Below the pieces are notes generated by a model. The model had not been told where the DNA came from. It was given only the letters and a program-made list of their open reading frames with translations, and searched no databases. Positions 40,380 through 52,979 of a stretch of DNA of 64,000 nucleotides are shown here, one piece after another. Source of the DNA: Podarcis muralis (lineage: Eukaryota); the NCBI RefSeq assembly GCF_964188315.1, contig NC_135656.1:117304001-117368000 (forward strand), written 5' to 3'. Position 1 is the first letter of the stretch. The number at the start of each line of letters is the position of its first letter. Position numbers and translations under genes: made by a program.

Positions 40380-41476
40380 TCAGCTCTCGGACGGCTGAGA
40401 GACGTAGGACGAGGGTTTCTCCCCCTTGTGCTTCCTCACGATGTGCTTGATCACATGCGCCCGCTGGCTGAAGCTCTTGCGGCAGACCAGGCAGGTGTAC
40501 GGCTTCTCTCCCGTGTGCATCCTCTGGTGCACTTGGAGGCCCGACGAGTGCCGGAAGCTCTTCCCGCAGTCGGAGCACTGGTACGGCTTCTCCTCGGTGT
40601 GGATGACTTCGTGGGTGAGCAAGCTGGTCTTCTGGTTGAAGCTCTTCCCGCAGTAGGAACACTTGTAGGGCTTCTCCCCCGTGTGGATCCTTTGGTGCCG
40701 GTTGACGCTCGACTGCGTGGCGAAGACCTTACCGCACACGGGGCAGGGGCTCATCCGCTTCCCCTTGTACAGCTTCGCCGGGGTCTTGATGAAGCAAAGG
40801 TCGCCGCCCGGAACGATCACCGACTCGATCGTCCCCACGGACACGTCCTTCCCCAGATCGATCTCGGGTTCGTTCTGGTGCTCGGGGACGTTCTCCTCCT
40901 TCTCGGGGCCCGGCGCGTCCGAGGGCTGCGGCTGGATCTCCTTCCCTTGCTCGTTCAGCAGCCGCCAGCTCATCACGCTGCCCGTCTGCCGGAGGTTCTT
41001 CTTGCACGACAAGCACTTGTAGACCTTCTCCCCCGTGGGATCCACCTGGTACGGGGCGATGCCCCATTTTGGCTTGAAGCTCTCCCCGCACTCGGAGCAC
41101 TGGTAGGACTTCTCTTCGGTGTGGACGGCCTCGTGAGCCATCAGGTTGGTCCTGCGGTTGAAGCCCTTCCCGCAGTCGAGACACCTGTAGGGCTTCTCTC
41201 CCGAGTGGATTATCAGGTGTCGGTTGAGGCTCGATTTACGAGTGAACGCTCTCTCGCAAACGGGGCACACGTGTCTGCCCATGCCCTCCTGCAAGCTCTG
41301 GGGCCCCGTGATCTTCCAGACTTGGATTTCGTTTGCCATGTGTCCCTCTGCTCCGCCCAGATCGCCAAAGCTCCCTTCTTCCATCTCACATTCTTCCTCT
41401 TCCATATCGGACTCCGATTCTTCGGCGGACACATGCCGCGCTTCCTTTCCGCTTTCATCCAACAATATTTCACGTC
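40380..41476 (-). CDS. Gene D terminal exon: 8 C2H2 units (6 intact) in two blocks of four
   Basis: Acceptor ctcttctgctccag|GA at 41476 (phase 1). ORF 40380-41531. Candidate polyA signal AATAAA at 39920-39925 (minus). Confidence 0.92.
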
Positions 41477-42074
41477 CTGGAGCAGAAGAGAACAGCGTTT
41501 TATTGCGGCAGTCCACCTCAGAACGGAACACCGTGCAAGCCGGTACAAACGTCTATAAAGGTGCAGAAACTGCAATAGAATTTAGTACATGGAAATGAAT
41601 TGCGTATAAAGCGGAATTCAACGTAGAATTAAATTGCTTGCGCAGCACCATGCTCCCCCGTCTCCTGCCCTGTAAACCCCCTACACCTGTTCTAGTCAGA
41701 GGGCCTTCTCGGTAGTGGCGCCCACCCTCCCATCAGATGTCAGAGAAATAAACAACTATCTGACTTTTAGAAAACATCTGAACGCAGCCCTGTTTAGGGA
41801 GGTTTTTAGTGTCTGATGTTTTATCGCTTTAAAAAATATATTATTATCATTAATTCTGTTGGGAGCTGCCCAGAGTGGCTGGGGTAGAAATAATAAATTA
41901 TTACTCTTATTATAGGGGTTCCCCCAGCCCTCCAGAGTAGATTTGGAGTGGGGGCAGAAGGTGGGAAAGTCCCGTTGCTTCCACTTGTGCAATACCCTAA
42001 GTGAATCCCACCTGATGTATAACACCTTCCAAGATAACAAAGCTTTGCTTATTGAACACCACTAAAACAACACG

Positions 42075-42655
42075 GTGGTCTGTAGCAAAGGAGGGGGCTT
42101 TGGGACCGCCTCTCCTGGTCTGCCCCGCAGAGGACCTTAAGTCCATGAATAATCATAGTTTAGAGGTCCCAGGCCCTAAGGAAGTCAGACTATCCTCCAC
42201 CAGGGCCAGGGCCTTCTCAGTGATGGCTCCGACCTGGGGGAATGCTCTTTCCCATGAGACCAGGGCCCTGCAGGATTTAACTTCCTTCCGCAGGGCCTGT
42301 AAGACAGAACTATTCAGCCTGGCTTTCAACTTGAACTTAGCCTGATCTTTTATTCCCCTTCCTTCCTTCCCTCCCCCTCCCCTTACCCGCCCTGGGATCC
42401 CACAGCTAATTCTCCCCTGGTCTCCTCGCTGGCCCAAATAGGACTAATTTAGCCAGCTAGCCCTGGTGATCATCTAATGTTTATTGGATGGATTTCCCCC
42501 CTAAATTGATTTTTGAATTCAGAATGTATTGTTATTCACGATTTATACTGTATTTTATACTGTTTTTTGTTGCATCCATTAAGTGTTTTGAATTTGTTGT
42601 CGGCCACCCTGAGCCCGGTTTTCTGAACCGGGAAGGGCAGGGTATCAATAAAAAT
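42075..42655 (+). mobile_element. Second L2-type family, 3' fragment
   Basis: Near-identical to 59200-59770 in opposite orientation. Confidence 0.85.
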
Positions 42656-42889
42656 TCATAAATTCATATAATTTATTTATTATTTCATATCATTTAGGAC
42701 TTTAAACACTAATATTTCCATTGTGTGTTATGTCCTTCCGACAGCCGTGAGCAAAAATAATGCAGAGAGGACTGCCCATGCTCAGGGGATTTCTGCAGGG
42801 ATACCATGAACCCAAGTCACAATGGTTACATTCTCCTGCCACTGTCAGAGATGGGAAATGCCTTTGGATACCAACTTTGTTATCCCTTG

Positions 42890-44300
42890 AGGCTCAGGTG
42901 GTCTCAGTGGCCCAGAGTGCCTTCCATCAGCTTCAGCTGGTGGCCAAGCTATGCCCCTATCTCGACAAGGATAGCCTAACTACCATTGTCTATGCTCTGG
43001 TAACTTCAAGATTAGATTACTGCAATGCGTTATACGTAGGGCTGCCTCTGATGACAGTTTGGAAACTTCAGGTAGTGCAGAATTCAGCGGCCAGGTTGCT
43101 CACTGGAGCAAGGCGGTTTGAGCATATTATACCGATCCTGATCCGATTGCTCTGGCTACCGATTAGTTTCTGGGCCCAATTATTATTTTTTCTTTTGATA
43201 ACATTTTATTAATTTTCCAAAAGTAACAACAAAAATAAAAATAGCAACAATAATGCAGAAAGAGAAAGAAAACATCATAAACAAATTTTCAAACCATACT
43301 TTTTGCTTGACTTCCCTCCACTCCCCCTCCTGGTTCCATTGTTTAGTATTCGTTCACGGACATCCTTTAAACCTTATATTCTTAATAATCCAATTTTAAA
43401 CCTAAAACAATTTTAAACTTGTTACAAGTGACTTTTAGAACTTAGACTAATGTAAAAATCTATACACAATGCTTAAAAGATATGCATTAAACATTTGCCC
43501 CTTTTTAGAAAATTCAAAGTCCTCTTTCTTTTCTTGGGGTTCAAGTTAACTGATTTGTCCTGCATAGTTCAAGAGATTATTTTGCCAATCTTCCTTCATC
43601 TTCTCTGGCAGAGGAGTCTTCCTTGTGTAGAAGCTGGCTGGTCTTGGCCTGGCGTCCACTCTTAAGTACAGGAACAAAGTATTTCGTTCAATAAGTCCAT
43701 CAAAAGCTGTACATCTCAATAGCGTAACTTCAATTTTTTTTAACAACAATAATTTTCCACATTCCTTTCCAATCTTTATATGTCTTTTCCCAGGCCTTTT
43801 TAATTTTACATTGCCACCAACTTTTCTCCTTTTTACCCTCCCTTCCTGCTTCCTCCCTAACACAGTCAAAGCCTCCCAGATCATTTCACACAGGGTGTCA
43901 TTTTTATCTGTCAAAGCCTCCCATTTCCGGGCCCAATTCAAAGTGCTGGCTTTGGCTTATAAAGCCTTAAATGGCTCAGGACCGCAATGTCTCTTTCCAT
44001 ATGAACCTTCCCAGACCCTGAGATCATCCTCTGAGGACCTTCTTTCTGTGCCTCCTCCATGAGAGGTCCAGAGGGTGGGAAGGCAAGAACAGGGCCTTCT
44101 CTACAGTGGCTCCCTGTCTGTGGAATGCTCTCCCCAGGGAAGTTCGCCTGGCTCCTTCATTACACCTTTAGGTGCTGTCAAAAATGTTCTTTTAACCAGG
44201 CCTTTGGTTGACCTGATGACATCCTATACTCTTAAAATGTGCCTCTTTTTTGGGGGGGGGTATTATTGGGTTGTTGTTTTTATTTTGAATATATATATTG
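42890..44300 (+). mobile_element. L2-type LINE 3' part split by an L1 insertion
   Basis: LVTSRLDYCNALYVGLP...WLPISFWAQ resumes as FRAQFKVLALAYKALN after 43924. Confidence 0.85.
43182..43923 (-). mobile_element. L1/Tx1-type 3' fragment with 15-bp TSD
   Basis: TSD tttc(t/c)gggcccaatt at 43167-43181 and 43924-43938. ...KEDWQNNLLNY resembles an ORF2 end. Confidence 0.75.
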
Positions 44301-44319
44301 TGGTTTTTATTCAATACAA

Positions 44320-45345
44320 CAACAGATGTAAACCACAGAGGAGGAGTGCTGTTGCCTTTGGGTGCTGCTTGTGGGCTCCCCTGGTTGACCAGTGGGAGAT
44401 CAGGATCCTGAACAGAGTGGGGCTCAAAGGACCTGTTGATGGCATTTTACCATTGTACTGCTGAGAGTGTATTAACTTATGGTCTCTGTGTGTGGTTTGG
44501 GAGCTGCACTGTCAGGGGAAAAACAATGATGTCCAGGGTTGTAAAGACTGTGGGGAGAATAACTGGGTGCACTCTTCCCACCTTGGATCAAATCTATGAT
44601 TCCAGGTGCCATAAGAAAGCTGCAGAGATAGCGCAGGACAGTGCACACCCTGGAAATTATTTCTTTCAGCTTCTGCCTTCTGGAAGAAGGTGCAGGGTTA
44701 TAAAGACTAGGTCTAGCCGCCTGAGAAACAGTTTCTACTCAAATGCGATGTTGGTTTTAAACGCATTGTAAGGAGTCTGTACGGGACACGGGTGGCGCTG
44801 TGGGTTAAACCACAGAGCCTAAGGCTTGCCGATCAGAAGGTCAGCGGTTCGAATCCCCGCAACGGGGTGAGCTCCCGTTGCTCGGTCCCTGCTCCTGCCA
44901 ACCTAGCAGTTCAAAAGCACGTCAAAGTGCAAGTAGATAAATAGGTACCGCTCCAGCGGGAAGGTAAACGGCGTTTCCGTGCGCTGCACTGCTCTGGTTC
45001 GCCAGAAGCAGCTTAGTCATGCTAGCCACATGACCCGGAAGCTGTACGGCGGCTCCCTCGGCCAATAAAGCGAGATGAGCCGCAACCCCAGAGTCGGTCA
45101 CAACTGGACCTAATGGTCAGGGGTCCCTTTACCTTTATGGAGTCTGTAGGGGAGTATATTGTATTTAAAAATGGGGTATCAGAGTTTTTAGGGGGGTAAC
45201 CAGGTTGGGATAGCTGGGATAGCAGGCTTGTTGGGTTTTGAATGTCTTATGTAGATTTTTTCAATTTCGTTGTTCTGTATGGGACAATGACAATAAAGAT
45301 TATCGCATCGTATCGTATCTGGCCTGACGCAGCAGCCAGGCTCTT
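44320..45345 (+). mobile_element. Rex1/Babar-type non-LTR retrotransposon 3' fragment (interrupted by a Sauria SINE)
   Basis: YHCTAESVLTYGLCVWFGSCT...HPGNYFFQLLPSGRR...TRSSRLRNSFY, with aataaag followed by a short (ATCGT)n tail at ~45292-45318. Confidence 0.75.
44782..45135 (+). mobile_element. Sauria SINE
   Basis: TSD ta(a/t)ggagtctgta. Confidence 0.92.
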
Positions 45346-45400
45346 TTCAACCAAAGCTGTCTTCGGAAAGCACAGAATTTAAGAGGCAAGAAAGCCTTAC

Positions 45401-45506
45401 CTGGCGAGCTGGGGCTGTCGTCGACCTCTTCCTTCACCTCGGTCTCCATCAAAGCCTGGTCTCCATCCGACAGGCCCACAACCACTTCATCGTACGTGTC
45501 CAGATC
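45401..45506 (-). CDS. Gene D KRAB-A-derived exon (106 bp, phase 0-1): DLDTYDEVVVGLSDGDQALMETEVKEEVDDSPSSP(G)
   Basis: gctgttttag|GAT...CCA G|gtaagg. The phases link the SCAN and ZNF exons. Confidence 0.85.
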
Positions 45507-45599
45507 CTAAAACAGCCAAATGTGACCCCCGTTATTAAGACACAACAGCAGGCTGTCCAATTCAAACTCTGGCCTATGCCCCCCGCAGACCACGACTGT

Positions 45600-45810
45600 C
45601 GTACTGAGAGCCAGGTGCCACCAGAACAGGACCTGGCAGACCAGGGTTCAAATCTCCACTTCGCCATGGAAGCTCACTGGGTGACCTCAGGCCAGTCGCT
45701 GCCTCTAGGCCTAACCTACCTCACAGTCTTGTTGTGGGGATGAAATAAGGAGGGGAAGATGCCATGTCCAGCACCTTGCGCTCCTTGGAGAAGGTGGTGG
45801 GATATAAATG
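45600..45810 (+). mobile_element. Old MIR/CORE-type SINE
   Basis: B box gggttcaaatc, CORE ctgggtgacctcaggccagtc, cctacctcacag...ttgtg. Confidence 0.7.
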
Positions 45811-46789
45811 GAGAAGAAACAAACCCCTCCACAGTCCGAGGCAGGGGTGAGCAACTCCCCTCGTAGCCTCCGCTCCTCTCTCCCTCCATGATGTGTTCTT
45901 GAACTCTGATCATGTCTGGATTAGAGAGGGGTATGTGAGTTTGCGCAGAAACTAGCCCACCGTCCTATATAAAAATAAATTTGGAATCCATTGTTCCTCT
46001 CACTTCTGCCTCTGGAGCGTGGCCCTCAGAAGGGAATGCCCCCCTCAAGAAGGAAAAGACAGCCCACCCCCTAGGTTCGCGTAGAAGCACAGCTGTCAAC
46101 TTTCCCCTTTTCTTGCGAGGAATCCTATTCGGAATAAGGGAATTTCCCTTAAAAAAAGGAAAACGTTGGCAGCTATGGGTAGAAGTCTTGACCAACCGTT
46201 TCAGTCAAGAATGAGATGTGGTTTTGTGGATCCTGTCTCAGAATTGGGAGCCTGAACAAATCAAAAGAGAGACTGGCCGTGCTCACTTTTTGTCTAAACT
46301 AAAAAAGGCCCAAATGCTGCCGCTCTCTTCAGATATTGTTGTTCCCTCGACCCTGCCTGCCTGCCAACATCTAGCAGGCCAGGATTATGACAAGAGAAAA
46401 AACTTCTCTCTATCCACTTTCCTCTCACAACACACCATTGTTTTTTCCCCTCCCAGTAAGAATGAATGGGTGTTTTGTGAGCAATGGAGAGCAGCTCTAC
46501 ACAAAGACTTCCCTAAAAGTATCATGGGAAGTGTAGTTGCCCCACATCCCCACACAGCTACAATTCCCAGCACCCTCAAAAGCCAACAATCCCCAGGATT
46601 ATTTGGGGAGAAGCCGGGTGCTTTTAAATGTGAGCTGGATGCGTTTCGATTTTATTGTGTGGATCTGACCAGAAAGGGAGAGAGACTGAGCAACTGATGA
46701 CTGAGTTCTCAAACCTTCATCCTAAGGTCCCAGGGCAGATCACAACAATTTAAAACCGAGTACAGCGTAACTGTTGAGAGAGTCTTGAA

Positions 46790-47520
46790 AGACACTGGTC
46801 TTGAAAGCCCTACACTGGCTCCCAGTACGTTTCCGAGCCCAATTCAAAGTGTTGGTGCTCATCTTTAAAGCCCTAAACGGCCTCGGCCCAGTATACCTGA
46901 AGGAGCGTCTCCACCCCCATCATTCTGCCCGGACGCTGAGGTCCAGCGCCGAAGGCCTTCTGGCAGTTCCCTCACTGCGAGAAGCCAAGTTACAGGGAAC
47001 CAGGCAGAGGGCCTTCTCGGTAGTGGCGCCGGCCTGTGGAACGCCCTCCCACCAGATGTCAAGGAGAACAACTACCAGACTTTTAGAAGACATCTGAAGG
47101 CAGCCCTGTTTAAAGGTAAAGGGACCCCTGACCATTAGGTCAAGTCGTGACCGACTCTGGGGTTGCGGCGCTCATCTCGCTTTATTGGCCGAGGGACAGC
47201 TTCCGGGTAATGTGCAGCACACGGAAACGCTGTTTACCTTCCCGCCGGAGCGGTACCTATTTATCTACTTGCACTTTGGGTGTGCTTTTGAACTGCTAGG
47301 TTGGCAGGAGCAGAGACCGAGCAACGGGAGCTCACCCCATCACAGGGATTCGAACCGCCAACCTTCTGATTGGCAAGTCCTAGGCTCTGTGGTTTAACCC
47401 GCAGCACCACCCGCGTCCCTAGCCCTGTTTAATAGATTATTGTATTTTAATATTCTGTTGGAAGCCGCCCAGAGTGGCTGGGGAAACCCAGTCAGATGGG
47501 TGGGGTATAAATAATATGTT
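46790..47520 (+). mobile_element. L2 3' fragment containing an antisense Sauria SINE (47114-47420)
   Basis: 12-bp TSD agccctgtttaa at 47102-47113 and 47421-47432. Confidence 0.9.
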
Positions 47521-47670
47521 GTTGTTGTTGTTATTGAGACCCGGATTCGAATCCCCACTCACTGGGTGACCTTGTGTCCTTGCCCATGTGGGTCCAGGCT
47601 CCCTGCTCCTTGTACCCACGCCGCCACCCTCTCATATTCCCCCAAGGAAGTTTTCCCATCCCCCCCTCAC

Positions 47671-48388
47671 CTGCCCTTCCCACCTGCTCCCTACCTCTTG
47701 AGGCCTCAGCAGGAAGGCTTCTGCCAGGTCCACCGCCTGGTCGCAGGTCTCGGGGCGACCATCCCTCACCCAGCTCTGGATCTCCGGCGGCAGGACGGCC
47801 AGGAACTGCTCCAAGACCACCAGCTCCAAGATCTGCTCCTTGGTGTGCCTCTTCGGCTTCAGCCAGCCGTAGCACAGCTCCTGGAGCCGGTCGCAGGCTG
47901 TGCGAGGCCCCTCGGCCTCCCAGTAGCGGAAACCCCGGAAACGCTGGCGCTTGGCCTCCGTGTCAATGTTGCCTCCGCTCGGGACATCGCCCTTCCCGTT
48001 TGGGTCTCCTGGTTTCAGGGTCCTGGAGATCTTCCAGTCTCCGTCTCGGAAGGCCGGGACGCGCTTCGCCCTCCCCTTCCCGGCAGGCTCCCGGCGGACG
48101 TCCGGGATAACCGGAGGGGTCTCATCCCCCGACGGCCGAGCGGCATCCCAGGTGGAATGAGAGGGTTCATCTCCCGGAGGGCAGCCCTGCCACTGAGTAT
48201 CCCAGGAGTGCAGAGGCCTTTCCTCTGGCTCCACCTTGATCTCCTGGGGCTCCAGGTGAGGTGGGCTGTGGTGAGGAAGACCCTCTTCAAACACCTCCGT
48301 CTTGAAATCTTCCGACCCTGCGGCAAGCGCCTCTTTCATTGTCGTCCCTGGGCAGCTTAGCGGCCTCACGTACCAAGCTTGATGAGGC
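47671..48388 (-). CDS. Gene D SCAN exon (own ATG at 48339; frame open from the acceptor at 48388)
   Basis: [51 protein letters not shown]... Acceptor cgccctttctcacccag|G, donor CAG|GTGAGG. Confidence 0.92.
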
Positions 48389-48486
48389 CTGGGTGAGAAA
48401 GGGCGAGACGGGATTCAAGGCTAAGTGTGACGTGATAAAACATAAAATAAAATTTATAGGGGGGGTTATTGTTTTGATTTTGATTA

Positions 48487-49094
48487 CAGCGGCACCTTGG
48501 TACTCAAACGCCTTGGGACCCAAACACAGCAAACCTGGAAGTAAGTGTTCCGGTTTGCAAACTTTTTTCGGAAGCTGAACATGCTCCGTTTTGAGTGTTA
48601 TGCTTCTGATCTGAGTGTTACACTTCCGTTTTGAGTGTTATGCTAACGTCTGTCTGTTTTTGCTATGCTGTCATACTTCGGGTTGAAGCATTTTCGGGTT
48701 GCGCTCCGTGGCGACCCGGAAGTAACGCGCAGATGCTCAAAATGATGTCACGCACAGGGGTCGCGTTCACTTCAGGATGTGAACAGGGCTCCGGAACGGA
48801 TCCCGTTCACATCCAGAGGTACCACTGTATATTTTTCGGTTTTGCAGTTTTAATTTTTGTGATTGTGTGGAACCCAGTTCAGCTACTGATTGAATGACTG
48901 TGTAACTGCAGTACATTGTTCATTGCTTTCGTTTTATGGAACAATGGTCTCATTAGATAGTAAAATTCATGTTAAATTGCTGTTTTAGGGGTTGTTTTTA
49001 AAAGATTAATCCATTTTGCATTACTTTCTATGGGAAAGCGCACCTTGGTTTTGGAACCAACTTCTGGAACAGATTGAGAACCAAAGTACCACTG
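48487..49094. mobile_element. Nested Tigger-type MITEs
   Basis: TA|cagcggcaccttgg start, with ...gtaccactg|TA ends at 48827 and 49094. Confidence 0.65.
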
Positions 49095-49607
49095 TATATA
49101 TTTTGTGGTTTTATACTTTGATTTTGTTCTGTGAACCACCCTGAGACCTCTGGGTATAGGGCGATATAGAAGTTCAATTAATAATAATTTTTAAAAATTA
49201 TTCTTTTATTATTTTTAAGGCACATGGCTTAGACAGGGCACAGTAAGCTGCGTTATCCAGAGCCAGACCATTACCCCACCTAGCTCTGTGCCGCCTGCTC
49301 TGGCTGGCAGCAGCTCAGACAGGTGCTTCTTCATTACATTCATTATTCAATAAATTATCTTTCCACGGATATATAATTTTATGTTATTACTCCAAAAAAA
49401 GTGGTGTTATGAGCCATCATTGCCAAAACAAGATGACACCTGATTGGATCTCTAAACACTCCTTTTTCTGGTTATTTGGCTATAACGTTTGATAGAATAC
49501 AGATAACTGAACAAACTTTGTGGCATTACATTCTTCATTAAATTATATTTCCATTGGTATATAATTTTCTGCAGTGTTTTTTTCCCCTGAAAAAAAGTTT
49601 AGGGGTA

Positions 49608-49880
49608 CAGTGGTGCCCCGCAAGACGAATGCCTCGCAAGACGAAAAACTCGCTAGACGAAAGGGTTTTCCGTTTTTTGAGCCGTTCCGCAAGACGAATT
49701 TCCCTATGGGCTTGCTTCGCAAGACGAAACGTCTTGCGAGTTCTTGCGAGTTTGTTTCCTTTTTCTTAAAGCTGCTAAGCCGTTAATAGCCGCTAAGCCG
49801 CTAAGAGCCGCTAATAGCCGCGCTTCGCAAGACGAAGAGACTCGCAGAACGGATTAATTTCGTCTTGCGAGGCACCACTG
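49608..49880. mobile_element. T2 MITE
   Basis: TA-flanked TIRs, near-identical to 19395-19682. Confidence 0.9.
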
Positions 49881-50162
49881 TACTCTCATTTTGGCTGAAG
49901 AAAATTATAGTTCAAATTGGGAAAAATAAATACAGTAAATGGAGAAAAGTACAAAGATTCACAAAATGTTTAGGGGTATGCGTACCCCTGCGTCCCCCCA
50001 GAAAAAAGCACTGATTTAATGGTATTACTCCCCCCAAAAAGTGGTGTTATGAGCCATCAAACCTTGAAAATAGACTTTCCCCAAAAGGTTTCAACAATTT
50101 TGGCCACTAGTGTAAAAACAGTACTGTAGATGATAAAAACGGAAATGTCATTTTTTCCTTAC

Positions 50163-51916
50163 CTGCAAAGTTGATGATAGTCCCCTTCAATAATCACAAA
50201 AGGTGACTGCTGTTCAAGTGTCCTGTAGCCCTCTTCCAGAATCCCTCTAGCTGACTCCCTTCTTACACCACTGACACCTGGTTCAGACTCAGCGGATCTT
50301 TTCCGTTGTTTTAAAATTTGTCTAAAGTGAGACATAGCACTATCATTGAAAGTGTTGGTGGCATGACTGACAGCAGCGGCATCGGGGTGATATTTTTCAA
50401 CAAAGCTTTGCAGTTCAGCCCATTTCGCACACATTTCTTCGATCAGGGCAGTAGGAACGTTTTCTCTTCTCTTCTCTTCCTCCTCCTCCTCAGACAATTC
50501 CTCAGTTGCCGCCTGTTGCTGCTCCATCAGAATGTTCTGGAGTTCTTCGGTGGTGAGCTCCGTCTTGTGGTCCTCCACTAACTCCTCAACATCCTCTCTG
50601 CTCACTTCCAAGCCCAGGGACTTTCCCAGAGACACAATATCCTCAACAACAGCAGCATCTTCTTCGACATCCTCAAATACACCTTCAGGAACGGCTGCCG
50701 GCCACAATTCCTTCCATGCCAACTTCAATGTTCTCTGAGACACATCGCCCCAAGCTTTGTCTATGAGATGTAAGCAATGTAGGATATTGAAACGGTTCTT
50801 CCAGAACTCTCTGAGGGTTAGCTCAGGGTCCGAGGTCACCTCAGAGCACATTTGGAACACTGCTTTGGTGTAAAGCTTCTTAAAATTAGACATGACCTGC
50901 TGGTCCATGGGCTGGATGAGGGGAGTCGTGTTGGGGGGCAAAAACTTGACACTGATAAAACCAAACTCTTCCCTCAACTCGTCCGCCAATCCTGGAGGGT
51001 GGGCTGGAGCGTTATCCATAACAAGCAGGCACTTCAGTGGAAGATTTTGGTCCTGGAGGTATTTTTTCACGCTTGGCCCAAACACTTCGTGAACCCACTC
51101 AACGAAAAACCGCCTGGTCAGCCAAGCTCTGCTGTTTGCCCTCCACATCACAGGCAATTCGCTTTTGATGACATTGTTTTTCTTAAATACCCTGGGGTTC
51201 TCCGAAAGGTAGACCAGCAAAGGCTTCAACTTGAAATCTCCACTTGCGTTCGCACATAATAAAAGGGTCAGCCTGTCTTTCATGGGCTTGTGTCCTGGCA
51301 ATGATTTCTCCTCCTCTGTTATGTAGGTCCTCTTGGGCATTTTCTTCCAAAAGAGGCCTGTCTCGTCACAGTTGAACACTTGTTGGGGAAGGAATCCCTC
51401 AGCCGCTACGTAATCTTGAAATTCCAAAACAAATTGGTCGGCGTCTTCTCTGTTGGCAATGGCAACTTCACCATGTCTCGCCGCAATGTGTATCCCACTT
51501 CTCCTCTTAAAATTATCAAACCACCCTCTGCTTGCCTTGAAAATCTCACCCTCGCTCGCTCCAGGGATGTTTCTGACAAGGTCCGCATGCAAACGTAAAG
51601 CTTTTTCACAAATCATGCTCTCAGAAATGCTGTCACCGGCCAGCTGTTTTTCAGTTATCCATATGAAAAGCAATTTTTCCACTTCCTCAATGGTCTGCGT
51701 TCTTTGTTTTGTCAGTGTTTTAACGCCTCTTGCAACGTTGGCTCCTTTAATGGCTTTTTTATTTTTTAAGATGGTACAAATTGTCGATTTGGCTATACCA
51801 AACTGCCTTGCCAGGTCACGTACGCGGGCACCACTTTCATGTTTGGAAATAATTTCCTTCTTCACCTCTATGGTTGTTCTGTTAATGGTTCTCTTCGCTT
51901 TGCAGCTGTTATCCAT
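50163..51916 (-). CDS. Intact Tigger/pogo (TIGD1-like) transposase ORF; candidate coding exon 2 of gene D
   Basis: 585-aa ORF with a CENP-B-type N-terminal HTH, second HTH (FKASRGWF) and DDE_1 domain with CDETG / MDNAPAH / QPMD (DD36D). Acceptor ctcatctcatctcag|G at 51950 and donor TGCAG|GTAAGG at 50163. Confidence 0.93.
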
Positions 51917-52099
51917 TTCTCACAGCAAAGGGGTGATTGGCAGAGGGATCCTGAGATGAGATGAGCAGAGATTTGATTGCACACAGTCACAAAAACAAAT
52001 CGGTTGCAAGAGAGTCACCAAATAAGCCCAAATATCACCTCCGTGCTCAGGACTCAACAGCCGGCAGCTAGGCCTCAGGATCTTGCACTCAGCAGTAGC

Positions 52100-52203
52100 C
52101 GCGCGGCATGTTCGACTTCTGAGGCGTGTTCGAAAACCGAAGCGTTTACTTCCGGGTTTACGGCGTTTGTAAACGGAGACGTTCGAAAACCGAGGTACCA
52201 CTG
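52100..52203 (-). mobile_element. Tigger-type TIR (CAGTGGTACCTCGGTTTTCGAAC), probable 5' end of the transposase-bearing element
   Basis: TA-flanked, 287 bp upstream of the transposase ATG. No matching 3' TIR seen after the ORF. Confidence 0.6.
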
Positions 52204-52979
52204 TATACCGCTCAATTGTGAAAAAAACCAAACAAACAAACCCTCACACCTTCGTCCTAAGGTCCCAGGGCGGGTCACAACAATTAAAAACCCAGTGAGG
52301 TGTAACGGTTAAGAGTGTTGGGACTAGGACCTGGGAGACCTGGGTTCGAATCCCCACTCAGCCATGTGACCTTGGGCCAGTCCTCATCTCTTAGCCTAAC
52401 CCACCTCACAGGGTTGTTGAGAGGATGGAATGGGCAAGAAGAGAACCAGGCAAACCAACTTGAGACCCTTTGAAAATAAAGGTGGCCATCAATGTAATAA
52501 TAATAATAATTTAAAAACCCAACTTTAAAAGCAAAATGAGCCAGTGGAAGTTCCACAAACGTGCCTAAGGCCAAAATAGACCCTTTAGTCTTCAAAGGGC
52601 TCCATACAAAACTCACCGCTGTCGTGCGGCAGTGCGAGTCTTACAGACCCTCCAAGCGTCCATATTTTCCAGGGACAGCCCTGGATTTGCAGAAGCTGCC
52701 CCCCATTTCTGATTTGATCCCACTTTTCATTGGGACGCCCCTATTTTCAATGTTGGAGAGTAACGGAGTTTTGCGACCTACCCCCCCCCCCAGGAGATCA
52801 GTAACTATATACAACCTTTAGAAGACAATTGAAGGCAGCCCAGCACATGGAAGTTTTAAAATGTTTTTTTATGTATGTTGGAAGCCGCCCAGTGTGGCTG
52901 GGGAAACCCATAAATCATAAAATGATGATGATGATGATGATGGAGGAGTATTTCCATTGGAGAAATGTTGGGAGGGGAT

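Noticed and set aside
40428-41558. 376-aa plus-strand ORF opposite the gene D finger exon
   Set aside because: Antisense frame of a GC-rich ZNF exon, with no independent domain, promoter or splice evidence.
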